Source of the DNA: Malacoraja senta
Taxonomy: Eukaryota
Direction: 5' to 3'
DNA: 64,000 bases
Assembly: GCA_038087875.1 (NCBI GenBank)
Contig: JAXLNO010000246.1
Coordinates: 62,001-126,000, forward strand
Below, one piece after another: positions 27,035-40,408 of the stretch. Position 1 is the first letter of the stretch, and every line of letters begins with the position of its first letter. Under the pieces are notes generated by a model. It made no database searches, was not told the origin of the DNA, and saw only the letters and a list, made by a program, of their open reading frames with translations. The position numbers and the translations under genes are program-made.

Positions 27035-27365
27035 GGGCGGCACAGTGACACCGCTGATATAGCTGCTGCCTCACAGCGCACGAGACCGGGCATTTATCCT
27101 GACCCCGGGTGTTGTCTGTGGGGAGTTTGTACAATAGCTCTGTGACCGCGCGGGTTTCTTCAGTGTGTTGTGGTTTCCTCCCACATCCCAAAAATGTGCG
27201 AGTTTGCAGATTAATTGGACTGTGTGAAATTAGTCCGATTGTGCAGTGAGTGAGTGAATGCGAACGTGTTTAACATGTAGCTGGCGTAACCGGATGACCA
27301 TTGATCGCCCCCGTGGAATCTGTGGTCCTGTGTCCAAGCTGTATCTGTAAACTAAACTAAACTAA
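27035..27365 (+). mobile_element. tRNA-derived SINE (HE1/V-SINE type)
   Basis: GGGCGGCACAGTG head, (ACTAA)n tail. Confidence 0.8.
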
Positions 27366-27629
27366 TAAAAGACAATGCAATAACACAATGCCAGCATCAC
27401 TGGGTGGGCTCATGGGGACAGATTACGGAGGGGTCCATCACACAGGGAACGAACACATCCGGCACCTTACAAAGTCCGATCATTCAAACGAGACATAAAT
27501 ACTGCGGAGAATCTTGGTCACTCGCCGATTCTCGAATAACTGCTGACTGATTAGCAACAAACTCCAAACAAGAGAAAACCTGAGTATTTACAATGTAATT
27601 CCAAAATTTGCTTCCACTTCCAACAATTG

Positions 27630-28065
27630 TTGGTGTTGCCAGGGCTAGAGAGTCTCGGCTACAGGGAGAGGTGAAGTTGGCTGGGACTCTATTCCTTGGA
27701 GCGCAGGAGGATGAGGGTTGATCTTATTCAGGTGTAAAAATCATGATGGGATTAGATCAGGTACATGGACAGCGTCTCTTAAACCCAGAGTACGCGAATC
27801 GAGGACCAGAGGACATTAGTTTAATAGGTTTCTGAGGGGTAACTGTTTCACACACAGGGTGGCGGGTGCATGCAACAAACTACCAGAGGAGATAGTTGAG
27901 GTTAGGAATTTTCCAACGTTTAAGAAACATATGGACAGATACATGGATAGTTCACGTTTGAAGGATATGGACCAAACGCAGGCAGGTGGGACTAGCGTAG
28001 CTGTGATGTGTTGGCCGGTTTGGGCAATTTGGGCTGAATGGTCTGTTTCCTCGCTGTAGCATTCT
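27630..28065 (+). mobile_element. Degenerate CR1 3' fragment
   Basis: ORF2 C-terminal remnants (NKLPEEIVE..FKKHMDRYM). Confidence 0.75.
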
Positions 28066-28577
28066 ATGGTTAAATGATTCTTCTATTCACTTATGAATCG
28101 CGGCATATAACTTCGCCTAAATTTGCGAGCTCCAATACAGGCGCCGCGTTGGACAATCGAACGACGGCTTGTGGAGGGATTTTCTGGAAATCTAACTACG
28201 AATCCCGTGAGGAACTGGTTGAGTTGAACAGCCAAGTTATTCCACTACCTGTCCACTAGAGGGCTCGCAAGCTTACGCCAGTCTATTCCCTTTGAATCCG
28301 GTTAATTTCAGACATGCGCTGCTCACTGTGTGACTGGCCGAGTGTCAGGATCCATCCACTTACCCCGAATTGTCGGTCGATAGACAAACCATTCAGCGTG
28401 TGACTAAAACGATATAAGCACGACGTTAACCTACACACGGTAGTTTGGGACAAATGAGGGTGGGATACAGATCAAGGACAACATTGTCATTGATCTTCGG
28501 CAATAGGGGTCGATTGGCTGAATGTTGGAGTCAAGGAACGTTTTCAACAACAAAGGAGGTCATTTATTCCCTCGCAG

Positions 28578-30075
28578 ATTCTGGAGTAGTTCCTGAGGAT
28601 TGGAGGGTAGCAAACGTAACCCCACTTTTTAAGAAGGGAGGGAGAGAGAAAACGGGGAATTACAGACCAGTTACTCTAACATCGGTAGTGGGGAAACTGC
28701 TAGAGTCAGTTATTAAAGATGGGATAGCAGCACATTTGGAAAGTGGTGAAATCATTGGACAAAGTCAGCATGGATTTACGAAAGGTAAATCGTGTCTGAC
28801 GAATCTTATAGAATTTTTCGAGGATGTAACTAGTAGAGTGGATAGGGGAGAACCAGTGGATGTGTTGTATCTGGACTTTCAGAAGGCTTTCGACAAGGTA
28901 CCACATAAGAGATTAGGATACAAACTTAAATCACACGGTATTGGGGGTTCAGTATTGATGTGGATAGAGAACTGGCTGGCAAACAGGAAGCAAAGAGTAG
29001 GAGTAAACGGGTCCTTTTCACAATGGCAGGCAGTGACTAGTGGGGTACCGCAAGGCTCAGTGCTGGGACCCCAGCTATTTACAATTTGTATTAATGATCT
29101 GGACGAGGGAATTGAAAGCAACATCTCCAAGTTTGCGGATGACACTAAGCTGGGGGGCAGTGTTAGCTGTGAGGAGGATGCTAGGAGACTGCAAGGTGAC
29201 TTGGATAGGCTGGGTGAGTGGGCAAATGTTTGGCAGATGCAGTATAATGTGGATAAATGTGAGGTTATCCACTTTGGTGGCAAAAACGGGAAGGCAGACT
29301 ATTATCTAAATGGTGGCCGATTAGGAAATGGGGAGATGCAGCGAGACCTGGGTGTCATGGTACACCAGTCATTGAAAGTAGGCATGCGGGTGCAGCAGGC
29401 AGTGAAGAAAGCGAATGGTATGTTGGCCTTCATAGCAAGAGGATTTGAGTATATGAGCAGGGAGGTTCTACTGCAGTTGTACAGGGTCTTGGTGAGACCA
29501 CACCTGGGGTATTGCGTACAGTTTTGGTCTCCCAATCTGAGGAAGGACATTATAGCCATAGAGGGAGTGCAGAGAAGGTTCACCAGACTGATTGCTGGGA
29601 TGTCAGGACTTTCATATGAAGCAAGACTGGATAGACTTGGCTTATACTCGCTAGAATTTAGGAGATTGAGAAGGGATCTTATAGAAACGTACAAAGTTCT
29701 TATGGGGTTGGACAGGCTAGATGCAGGAAGATTGTTCCCGATTTTGGGGAAGTCCAGGACAAGGGGTCACAGCTTAAGGATAAGGGGAAAATCCTTTAAG
29801 ACCGAGATGAGGAAAAACTTTTTCACACAGAGAGTGGTGAATCTCTGGAACTCTCTGCCACGGAGGGTAGTTGAGGCCAGTTCATTGGCTATATTTAAGA
29901 GGGAGTTAGATGTGGCCCTTGTGGCTAAGGGGATCAGGGGGTATGGAGAGAAGGCAGGTACGGGATACTGAGTTGGATGATCAGCCATGATCATATTGAA
30001 TGGCGGTGCAGGCTCGAAGGGCCGAATGGCCTACTCCTGCACCTATTTTCTATGTATCTATGTATCTATGTATAC
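28578..30075 (+). mobile_element. 5'-truncated young CR1 with uninterrupted RT segment
   Basis: [11 protein letters not shown]…QGSVLGP…FADD…WNSLP open to the stop at 29971; (ATCTATGT)n tail. Confidence 0.97.
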
Positions 30076-30289
30076 AAATAGTCCAAAATGTGAATCTTTG
30101 CACTGGCCCGTGGCCCTGCGCGTGACAGGTCTTCAAGTACACATCTCAGTGTTGTTTACACGAGATAAGCTTCCCTCCTCTCTTGCTTTCTCCGCCATCG
30201 AGTTCCCATGAGATACCCCTTGATGTGTCAATTTATTTCCTTTTCAATCCTTTAGTATATTCTCTAAACACCCCCCAATTACTGACACT

Positions 30290-30810
30290 TTTAGAGTCAT
30301 AGTCCTAGAGTCATAGAGTGATAGACGTCTAGCCAACTTGCCCACGCCGGCCAATATGCCCCAGTTATACTAATCCCACCTGCCTGCGCTTGGTCTATAT
30401 CCCTCCAAGCCATATCATTCTATGTACCTGTTTAACTGTTTCTTAAACGTTGGTATAGTCCCAGCCTCAACATCCTCTTAACCTTGAACCTATGTCCGCT
30501 CGTCCTCGATTCCCCTAATCTGGGAAAGAGTGTGAATCTACCCATTCTAATCCTCTCATGAATGTGTACACCTCTATAATATCACCCGTCAACCTGCTGC
30601 GCTCAAAGGAATAGAGATCCAGCGTACTCAACCTCTCCCTATTGCTCACACCCTCTAGTCCTGGCAATATCCTCGTAAATCCTCTCTCAACCCTTTCAAG
30701 CTTGACAATATCTTCCTTATAGCATGGTTCCCAGAACTGAACACATTATTCTAGATGCGGTCTCACCAACGTCCTATATAACTGCAACATGCCCTCCCAA
30801 CTTCTATACT
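30290..30810 (-). mobile_element. Degenerate CR1 3' fragment
   Basis: Resembles the reverse complement of 27630-28065; (AGTCATAG)n tail. Confidence 0.7.
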
Positions 30811-31665
30811 CTGTGCTAGAAAAAGTGTTTCGCCCATACTTTATCGAATACTTGTGATTTAATTAATTAATTCATTCATATTCATTCATTTATTTAATTA
30901 CAGTAGATTGTGAAGAAGGCACCGAGTGTGAGAGCGATGGTTACTGAATCCGCCTTCCTTTCCCCATTAAAACATATTGAGGGTAGTGATGTGAGATTTA
31001 CACGAGATACACAAGGTCGGCACAGTGGCGCAGGTAATAGAGCCACTGAATCACAGCGCCAAAACTCCGGGTTCTATCCTGACCTAAGGTGCTATCAGTT
31101 TTGCGTTTGCACCTACCCCTTGCCTCCCTGTGAGTTTCCTCCAATTGCTTCGGTTTCTTCCCTCCTCCCGAAGACATATGGCTTTGCAGGTTACTTGGAT
31201 TCAGTGAAAACACCCATTGTGTGCAGGGAGTGGATGCGAGCTGGTATAACGTGTCACCAGTGTGAAGGGATCAATTATCAACGTCGATGGCGGAAGGCCC
31301 TGGAGTATATGGAATGACCAGAATGGGACAGGCATTTCATTTTATTGGCTGCCTATCCGAAGCAGCGTGGTGTAGATGGAATCATTAGTGAGATATCCAG
31401 TTTGTCTGGTGGACTGGGATACATAGTCAACTCTGCAATTCTTCGAATTCCCAAAACAACCAGTGATGCGACGTGCCAGTATGTTGTCCATGTGTATTAG
31501 CAGACATTTGTAAGAGTCTTAGGAGACAATAGTTATGGGCGGCACGGTGGCGCTGCGATAGTGTTGTTGTCATGCAGTGCTTACAGCGCCAGAGACCCGG
31601 GATCGATCCTGGCTCCGAGTGCTGATCTTTACGGAGTTTGTACCTTCTCCCCGCGATAAATACCA

Positions 31666-32400
31666 CCAGGGGCGCCGGGGAGATGGCTGCCCCGCCGGCA
31701 GTCTGTATGTTTGTTCTTTCATTTTGTTATGTTTTAGTGCGTTAAACGTTTGTTTTAATATTCTTCGGTTTGTTTTACGTCGGGGAGGGGGGAGGGGATT
31801 GGGGAAAACTTGTTTTTCAAGTTTCTACCTTCCCGGTGATGTGATCAATTTTCGGATCACATTCTGCGGGCTCTACGGCCTACCATCGATGGAGCTGGAA
31901 GCCTCCTCGGACTGTCGTGGGCCCCACCGTGGGGCGCGGGCTTAACATCGGAGCTGATCCCTTGCTTGGGATCGATCGCACCGCGACCACCGCGGACTTA
32001 CCATCAAGAGCTCGCAGTCGGGAGAGGCCGAGTCGGGATCTCCAACGTCGCGGAAGGTTCGACCAGCCCCGACGCGAGGTTCGATCGCCCGGCGCGGGGG
32101 AGCTGACATCCCCCCAACCCCCCGATGCGGGAGCAGATCGCCTCGATGCGGAGGGCCCCAACGCCGCCGGCTACGGGAGTCAAGATCATCCCGTCAACGG
32201 GGGCTCGAGTCTCACGACCGGGGAAGAACAAAAGGAAGAGACAAACTTTATTTCGCCTTCCATCATAGTGAGGAATGTGTAGGAGTCACTGTGGTGGATG
32301 TTCACGTTAAAATGTGTTTTTTTGAGTGATCTGTTACATTTAATTGTATGACTGGCCTGGGAAATGAAATTCCTCGTATGTTGCAAAACATACTTGGCGA
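31666..32400 (+). mobile_element. GC-rich non-coding repeat family, copy 1
   Basis: Shares blocks with 34300-35130 and the reverse complement of 36930-37615. Confidence 0.6.
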
Positions 32401-32410
32401 ACACAGTGTG

Positions 32411-32545
32411 ATTCTGATTCTGATTCTGATTCTGATTCTGGTTCTGATTCTGATTCTGATTCTGATTCTGATTCTGATTCTGATTCTGATTCTGATTCTG
32501 ATTCTGATTCTGATTCTGATTCCGATTCTGATTCTGATTCTGATC
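32411..32545 (+). repeat. (ATTCTG)n microsatellite
   Basis: Read directly from the sequence. Confidence 0.99.
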
Positions 32546-33129
32546 TGCGTAGGTGACCTTTCACACCGTGGTTTGTGGGTTAATGAGCTTGGTATAAGTG
32601 TCAATTGTCTCTAGTATGTAGGATATTGTTAATGTGCGGGGATCGCTGGTCGGGGCGGACTTGGTGGGGCGAAGGGTCAGAATCCTCGCTGTATCTCTAA
32701 ACTAAACTAAAACTAAACACGCCATTTTCCTTTAGTCTCCTCAGGACCCAGAGTCGGTAGTGTGTCTTTTGGATTTTGCTTTAACATGGATGGTCCACAC
32801 TAAACCGTTGATCATTTCAGGCCAAATAACATTGAAGATCTCCATCAATTCCACTTCGGCTCCATTGATGGTGGTTGGGGCACGCTTCTGAGGTCAATAA
32901 CTAGTTCGGGTGTCAGGGGTTCTGGGGAGAAGGCGGGAGAATGAGGTTACTAGAGAGAGATCGATCAGCCATGATTGACGTGCGGAGCAGACTTGGTGGG
33001 CCGAATGGCCTAATTCTGCTAATATCACTGATGACGTTATGAGTAAAGATTTCGTTTCAGAACAACTGTTGCTATTCAATACCTTGTTCTTGCGTTTCTC
33101 TGTCCTTCTTGTACTCCGTCTCGCTATTG

Positions 33130-34100
33130 TCCATCATATCATCCATATTTATAGATGGGGTATAAACGAATGAGGTAATGAGGTATCACCGTATTTGGCC
33201 CTAAGTCGTGGGTATATGGGAGCATAATAGGGGACTGAGAACGCATACTTATGGGTCGACTCTATTGATAATTATCGTGGAGGAGGTGTTGTCACCTATC
33301 CTCACTGATCATGGTCCGTGGGTCGGAACGTCGAGGAAACAGTGTCGGAGATGGGGCGGGGGGTGGGAGAGGGGATTGTGCTTCCTACTAGGTCCAGAAG
33401 ATGGGGATGGGATTGGATGGTACTGCAGTATTGAAGGCGGAGCAATAGCCGATGACGCCGGAATGCTTGTTGTGGAGATGTTACAAAGATGTGTATAGTG
33501 CCAGGGAGATGGCATCTTCTCTGGATCTACTGCGACGGTAGTGTTATTGGGCGACAGCAACTAATGCATCTAGCATAGTTTTCCGCAGCATCGGGATTAA
33601 AGTAGTCTTCTTAAAGCAGGTGGGGGCATAATAATTGAGTAGCGAAAGGGTAAAGATGCATTTAAACCATTTATATCATCTGGGAGGGTCCAATCGTTGC
33701 CATTAATACCGCCTGTCTTCACTTTGCAGCCGGTTTTGAGCAGGCAAGTCTTGCCACTGATATTTCTATCCATTCTCTCGAGACTGCTGCTTGGTCCACA
33801 ATTCTCTGTTGACATCGGTAATGGCTCTGCTAAGGTCGTGGATATATTTCTTGTACCGCTCAGGATCTTTTGTCTTGAACGTTGCCGACTTAGACTTCAC
33901 CTAGACTGGACATCCTGGCTTATCCGTGCTCCCCAATATGGAACACACTGTTGTATAATTTGATACACAGTCCTCATTACACTTGCTGATGAAGTCTGTG
34001 ACATCAATCGCATATTCATCTAGGTTAGCCGCAGAATCCCTGAATATGGACCAGGCCACCGGCTCATGGCCGTCTGTTATATATATGGCCCATAGCCATA
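33130..34100 (-). mobile_element. Degenerate Rex1-type ORF fragments
   Basis: WSIFRDSAANLDEYAIDVTDFISKC; TLPDDIN motifs. Confidence 0.75.
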
Positions 34101-34299
34101 TATTGCCCCTGTCCAGGAGCACACACGCGTCTCCATTCACACCCGTCCACACGTTCATATCCGCCCCGAGCGATGCGTGTCCATCGCTGCGTCGATTGAC
34201 TTTTGCATATATATTTAATGTTGCGGGTTAGGGCGCTAATAACAATTAATTTATTCATTTCGCTATTGCTCTTCCTTCATCGTTGTCACGTCAACCAAG

Positions 34300-35130
34300 A
34301 GTGGGTGTGGCGGCGCCTAACGGCAGCGGCTCGACTACAGTCGTCCTTTTTTAAAATTTTTGTCTTGTTAAATGTATGTATTGAGTTTAGTTTTTTTATT
34401 ATTATTTAGTTGTGTATATGTGGGGAGTGGAGGGGGGGATGTTGGGGAAACCGTTAATTTCTTCCCCGTTCGGGGACCTGACCTTTTCCCTGTCAGATCT
34501 CCGATGTCGTTGGGCTTAACATCGTGGAGCCTGCGGCGGCCTCCGACCGGGACCAACCTGGGGGCTCCAGTCGCGGTGCCTGCGGACCTGATATAGCGGA
34601 GCTGGCGGCTGCGGACCTGACATCGGAACGGGAAGAACTGTGGTTGCTGGCGGCTGCAACCCGAGTCCGGAGTTTCGAAGGCTCCGGCTGCAGGCCCGGT
34701 GGACAGGAACATCGGGAGCTCCAGGTCCCTGGTGGGAGACCGCTTTTCGGAGCTCCCGCAACGGCAACTTCTCCCGCCGGAATCGCGGGGTTTAAACGAC
34801 ATGGAACCGGGCCTAACATCGCACGGCGTGGCTAAATGGCCACAGGACTTACCATCGCCCGCCAGGGGCTTTAACATCGGGAGCCCCAGTTCGCTTCAAC
34901 GCTACAGTTGGACTGCTGGACCACGGGTGAAGAATAAAGGGAAGAAATAAGACTTTGCCTTCCATCACAATGAGGAAGTGTTGGAGACTCACTGTGATGG
35001 ATGCTTATGTAAACTGTGTTAAGCGTGGGTCTTGTTTTTTTTTGTAATGTAAAAAACTGTAGTAATGATATTTCGTTCAAGCCGAGGTTTGAATGACAAT
35101 AAATAGCATTCTATCTATTCTATCTATCTA
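34300..35130 (+). mobile_element. GC-rich non-coding repeat family, copy 2
   Basis: Shared head and 3' block (GCCTTCCATCACA..GAGG..TCACTGTGATGGATG); AATAAA then (CTAT)n. Confidence 0.6.
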
Positions 35131-35819
35131 TTATCAAGTTGCATCATACCGTGTTTGAACATAATCAAGCCACACAGAATACAACATGTAGTGCAAAGAG
35201 GAACAGACTAGAATTCAGATGCCGTGTTGTAGCTAAAGTGCGGATTAAACAAGTCAATGAATTCGGAGATCGGATTTACAGTTACAGTTTATGAGGTCCG
35301 TCATTGGTCTGATAATATCGGGAAAAGATATATTCCTGGATGTTGTGGTACGTGATTTCAAGCCTTTGTGCTCTCTGACCGACGGTAGAGGGCAAGGAAG
35401 GAGTGGCCAGGGCGGGAGTGATCAGTGATCATGTTCGCTGCTGTTCAGAGGGAGTCTGAATGGTAGATTGAGCAGATGGCGGTTGGTAGGGAGGAGGCAG
35501 ACGTGACGTATGTGATGGACTGGACTATATTTTCAACTCCCTACAATTTCTTACAGTCTTCAACAAATGTGGTGGCAACCCAAACTGTGATGCTTCCCGA
35601 TAGGTTGCTTCCTACGGCGCATCTGTCGGAATTGGTAAGACTCGTTGAATACATGCCGATTGTCCTTGGTTTTCTGAGGAGCTAGTGGCGTTTCCGGGTT
35701 TTCTTGGAAGTGGCGTCAGTGATTCAACCAAGACAAATTGTTGCTGATATTTTCGCCGAAACACTTAATGCTCTCTCTCGTATCTTATTCTCTTTGAGGA
35801 GATTTTCACATGGACTGAT

Positions 35820-36580
35820 GTAGCTGGTTAGATAGCAAGCGAGATAGTTAGATAGCATTCTGGCTCTCCAGATATACAGTTAGCTATATATCTAGCTATA
35901 TAGTTATCTAGCGAGCTACCTAACTATCTAACTACTACCGCTAGCTAGATATCCAGCTCTCTTACTAATCTAACAATCTAACTAACTATAGCCACGAGCT
36001 CTCTAGGTACCTAGTCAGCTATCCAGCCTTCTACCCATCGAGCCATCTAGCCATCAAAGCATCGAGATAGATAGCTAGAAAGGTAAATAGCTAGCTATTT
36101 AGGTAGTTATCCTGGACAGCATGATAGTCAGTGAGCTCGATAGCTATACAGTGCTGTACACCTATCTAGCACTCCAGCCATCTAGCTATCAATCTAGGGT
36201 TCTAGCCGTCTGACCGTCCATCCGGCTCGCCGTCATCCATCCAACAAGCAGGTTACTTAGCTATCTAGCTACCTAGCTAGCCAGCAATCTAGCTATCTAG
36301 CTATCTAGCAGCCCAGTTGTCTTGCTAGTTGGCTAGTTATCTAGCTATCTAACTTTCTAGCTATCTAACTTTCTAGCTATCTATCTGTCTAGCTATCTAC
36401 ACAGATATGTAACTGTCTAGCTATCTATCCAGCTAGTTCGCTATTTCACTATCTATCTGTCTAGCTATCTACACAGATATGTAGCTATCTAGCTGGCTAT
36501 CCAGCTATTTTTCTACCTGTCTACCTAGCTATCTAGCTACGTTGCTACCTAGCTATCTAGCTGTATAACTATATAACTAT
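35820..36580. repeat. Decayed (TAGC/CTAT)n simple repeat
   Basis: Dense CTAG/AGCT/CTAT units with an internal direct repeat. Confidence 0.9.
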
Positions 36581-36929
36581 TTCGGCGATGGACCTGGATG
36601 GTATAACGGTGTTAACGGAAGAGTTGTAGTCAAGGAGCTGTGTAGCTGTCGGGGTCTGACGTACGTGTCTCCCTTATCCAGGTTTTCCAGTGATGAGGGT
36701 GATGGCATCTCCCGTGAACCTGTTCTGGCGGTAGGCGAACTGCAGTGCGTCCAGGCCACATGGTAGACATGATTTAATAGCCTCCTGAAACAATTCATGG
36801 TGGTAGATGTCAAGGGCAGAGTGCGGTTGTCCTTTGGGCACGATATCTGGATATTGCACAACACCAGATAATTATTGGATCAGAGCTTGAATGTTTGAGG
36901 AGCCAAGATCAGAACTTCGAGCAGCTCAA

Positions 36930-37615
36930 ATGATTCAAATGACCGTTGTTGTCACATGTACCAATTACGGTGCAGTGATATGCGAATTACCATTCAGCTA
37001 TACGCAACAAAAGCAACAAGACACACAATTAAATAAAGGTTAATATAAACATCCACCACAGCGGATTCCCCACATTCCTCACTGTGAAAGAAGGCACAGA
37101 AGTCCAAGCTTCTTCCTCTTCATACTCCGCGGTCGGGTCAGTTAAACCATCCGCAGTCGGGGCGATCAAAGCCTCGCAGCCTACGATCGAAGCCCCCGTC
37201 GGGGTGATCCTAACTCCCGCGTGGGGGCGGTTGAAACTCCCCTGCAGCATGGAGCTCCCGAGTCGGCCTCTTCTTACCAGAGGCAGCGGGTTGGAGCTTC
37301 TATCCCCGGCAAAGGCATCGCAAGTTCCGCGATGTTAAAGTCCCGCAGACTCCCGTGGCTTGGAGCGCCGGATCGGTCTCCAGGAAAGGCAGGCAACTCC
37401 ACGGTGTCAGGACACAGTGCGGACGGAGATACGATACGGAAAATAATCGCATCTCCGTCGAAGTAAGAGATTGAATACAAGTTCATCCCCCCCACACACA
37501 CAACCCCACATAAAACAAAACAAGGAAGACTAAAACATACTTTTTAACACATTAAAAATATCAAAAAAGAAGAGAGGACAGACAGCCTGTTGGCGAGGCA
37601 GCCACTACTAGTGCC
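36930..37615 (-). mobile_element. GC-rich non-coding repeat family, copy 3
   Basis: Reverse complement begins GGCACTAGTAGTGGCTGCCTCGCCAACAG and shares the 3' block. Confidence 0.6.
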
Positions 37616-38193
37616 TAGGTCAATTCGGATGATATTGAAAGTAACCCCACCACTCGATGTCCTCGAATTTGAACTGGTACTGTCTATATGTGGTATATAT
37701 GATGTGTTTGGATAGTATGCAACATATCGCTTTTCACATGTACTCGTGTAACAATTACAAACTTAAACCTGAAGCTCAAACCTAAAACGCCTCTCATCTT
37801 AAAAGTCTACAACATCGCGATCACAGGGGGATATTTCATGGCTTATTGTTCCATTGTTCCAGTTATACATAAGCACATTTATATAATATTTTACACACAT
37901 TCTTTGTTTTGTGTTTTTTTACAGAACTCGAATTGTCCAACTGCGCTTGTCCAGTTGGACGGAGAACTGAATTACACAGTGTGACTTGAACTAAGGTTAT
38001 TGACTTCCGGTTGCGACATGCTCTGCTAGCAGTCGCAAACTTTTTAGCTCCGCTGAAAAAATCGCGATTTTTCGCGTTAAAATCGGGTCTGGAGGTCGGG
38101 ACCGTTTTTAAAAACTTACCGGAGCTTCATGTCGCGGTGCTGATGACGTCATCAGTAAGCGCCGCGATTTTAACGGAGGGAAAGTCATTTTAA

Positions 38194-39189
38194 ATGAAAA
38201 GTACATCTCCAGGTCAGAGCCCACAGAGGAAAATCTCAAAACATCTGCTGAAGACTCTGGAACAGCAAGAAACTTCAGAACTGACCTCTGGAGAGGTCTC
38301 TGCAATGGCTACTCGATCTGCAAAAGAGAAAACCGAAATGGAGGACTTAAGAAACTCGGTAAGAGATATCAAAAAGGATATGGAAGCTGGGAACAGTAAA
38401 TTGATAGCCGGTAATGATAAAATACTTGAGGGTATTGAGGCTCTCCAAAAAAGAATTGAAGGTGTGGAAAAAGGACTATCGATAAAAATTGAAAAGGTGG
38501 TAGAAGAGACCACAAAGATGTTTGAGGCTGTGCACGAAACTGTGGCTGCAAATGCATCTGCAGTGAAAGATTTGGAAGCTGCTGTGGAAGTGATGGCTGG
38601 AGAGATGCAGACTATGAAGTCAGAAATAGATAGTCTCAAGAACCAAGTCACAAAGGTTTCGAATAAATGTGTTGACCTAGAAGCTCGCTCAAGACGTCAA
38701 AATATAAGAATACGTGGTGTAAAAGAGGGAGCTGAGGGGGACAATGTTTGTGAGTTCGCTGCCAACCTAATTAAACACGTACTGAAGCTACCAGAAGTAC
38801 CTGTAATTGAAGTAGCACATCGACTCCCCAGATTTAAATCAAGATCTCAAGGAGAACGTGCCTACCCACGACAGATCATAATTAAACTTCGGGATATCTC
38901 AACAATGGAAGCGCTGATGAAAAAAATCAACCACGGAGAGAAGATGATGTACAGAGGTGATACTATTAAACTCCTACGGGACTACCCTTATGAGATTGAG
39001 CAAAAGAGAAGAAAGTTCTCACAGACCAGAGAAGTTCTTTATGGTGTTAAGGGAGTTTTGTGTGGAGTGTTTTACCCGGCTAGAATGCGTATCACCTTTG
39101 AGGGAGTGTCAAAAACATTCACTAATTCGGATGAATCTCTCAAATACGCTCAAGAAATCGCGACTAAGGCTGCATCAACTGGAGACTGA
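38194..39189 (+). CDS. L1 ORF1p (coiled coil + RRM + CTD), 331 aa
   Basis: DLEARSRRQNIRIRGVKEG, AHR, YPARMRI motifs. Confidence 0.95.
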   Translation: MKSTSPGQSPQRKISKHLLKTLEQQETSELTSGEVSAMATRSAKEKTEMEDLRNSVRDIKKDMEAGNSKLIAGNDKILEGIEALQKRIEGVEKGLSIKIEKVVEETTKMFEAVHETVAANASAVKDLEAAVEVMAGEMQTMKSEIDSLKNQVTKVSNKCVDLEARSRRQNIRIRGVKEGAEGDNVCEFAANLIKHVLKLPEVPVIEVAHRLPRFKSRSQGERAYPRQIIIKLRDISTMEALMKKINHGEKMMYRGDTIKLLRDYPYEIEQKRRKFSQTREVLYGVKGVLCGVFYPARMRITFEGVSKTFTNSDESLKYAQEIATKAASTGD

Positions 39190-40408
39190 AAACCAAGACG
39201 ACATGAACAAATGAACTTGCTTATTCTTCCAACAAGAATATTACAAGGAAAGTGAATTAACTGAACACTGATTTTTTATTTTTTATTTGACTTCAAGCAA
39301 CAGATTCTTAGTGAGACGTGGCTAGACATTATTATCTTCGCTGGAACATTGTGCTATGTAATTCAAGGACACTACGTGCTCAAACGAGGAAAACCTGATA
39401 ACGGGACGAACTGCTGGGCTGAGAGTGAAAAACATCACATGGCTTATATTGTTTATAAAAAACTGAAAAAACTGAGAACTAATAATAATTAACAATTAAC
39501 AATACTAATATAGAAATAGCAATTGAAATAGATAAAAAATGTGCAGTCTGCTCTGTTTAGCAGATAACAGCAAGTGCTATGCAGCTCGAGAGTGGAGGGA
39601 GGGGGAGACCGGGTACCTGGCATAACTCCAGGAGCCAGACTCCCGTTAACCCTTCCAGCGAACAGCTCATTTTTAACAATATTAAAATCAATTTAAAATA
39701 GTTAAGAGATAATATACACTCGAGGTTGATATGAAAAATATATACGGCTTATATAGTTTTACAAAATGCTGAGAATTAATCATAATTAATAATTAACAAT
39801 ACTAATATAGAAATAATATTTGAAACTGATAAAACTGTGGTGCCTGCGTCATAACGCAGACAGCAGTTATCACCTATGTTCGCAGCTCGTGGAGAGGAGA
39901 AGAGATCAGGCACCTGGCACAATTCCAGGAACCTGACTCCGGTTAATCCACTCAGTAAACCGCTCACTTTAACAATACTAAATTCATTTTAAAATAGTTA
40001 AGAGATAAAGAGTGAGTAGGATATGGAATCGAATACATTTGACATATATATAAATTGTAACTGGGTGAAATAGAACTGAATTGGAAACGGTAATGACCCC
40101 ATAGATTTTGGGTAAGAAATACAGCGGGGCTAACTTTATACCAACTACGCCGGAAGCGTTATGGATGTCGTACCCCACAGACGAGTGGGCCACTCACTAC
40201 GGTGTTGAAATTTTAGACACCGTAAATTTATTTGATTTATATATATATTTTTTTTTAATCACAATATGTCACATCTGTGTGTTTTTTCTTCAAGGACAAT
40301 CGCGCAGGAGAACTACCAAGGAAGTCTATAATAGAAATACTCCCAAAATAACCAGAGTCCGGAGGTATGAACGCACCACAATAATTAAGGTCATTAAAAT
40401 TGGTAAAA

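Larger units (their letters stand above)
31537..32720 (+). mobile_element. HE1/V-SINE interrupted by a GC-rich element and (ATTCTG)n
   Basis: SINE head at 31537-31655, SINE body resumes near 32545, (ACTAA)n tail near 32700. Confidence 0.75.

Noticed and set aside
28445..28577. Novel N-terminus on the 508-aa ORF
   Set aside because: Chance read-through from the flank into a 5'-truncated CR1; the start is not ATG.
32302..32614. (IR)n, (SE)n and (IL)n ORFs
   Set aside because: Translations of the (ATTCTG)n microsatellite.
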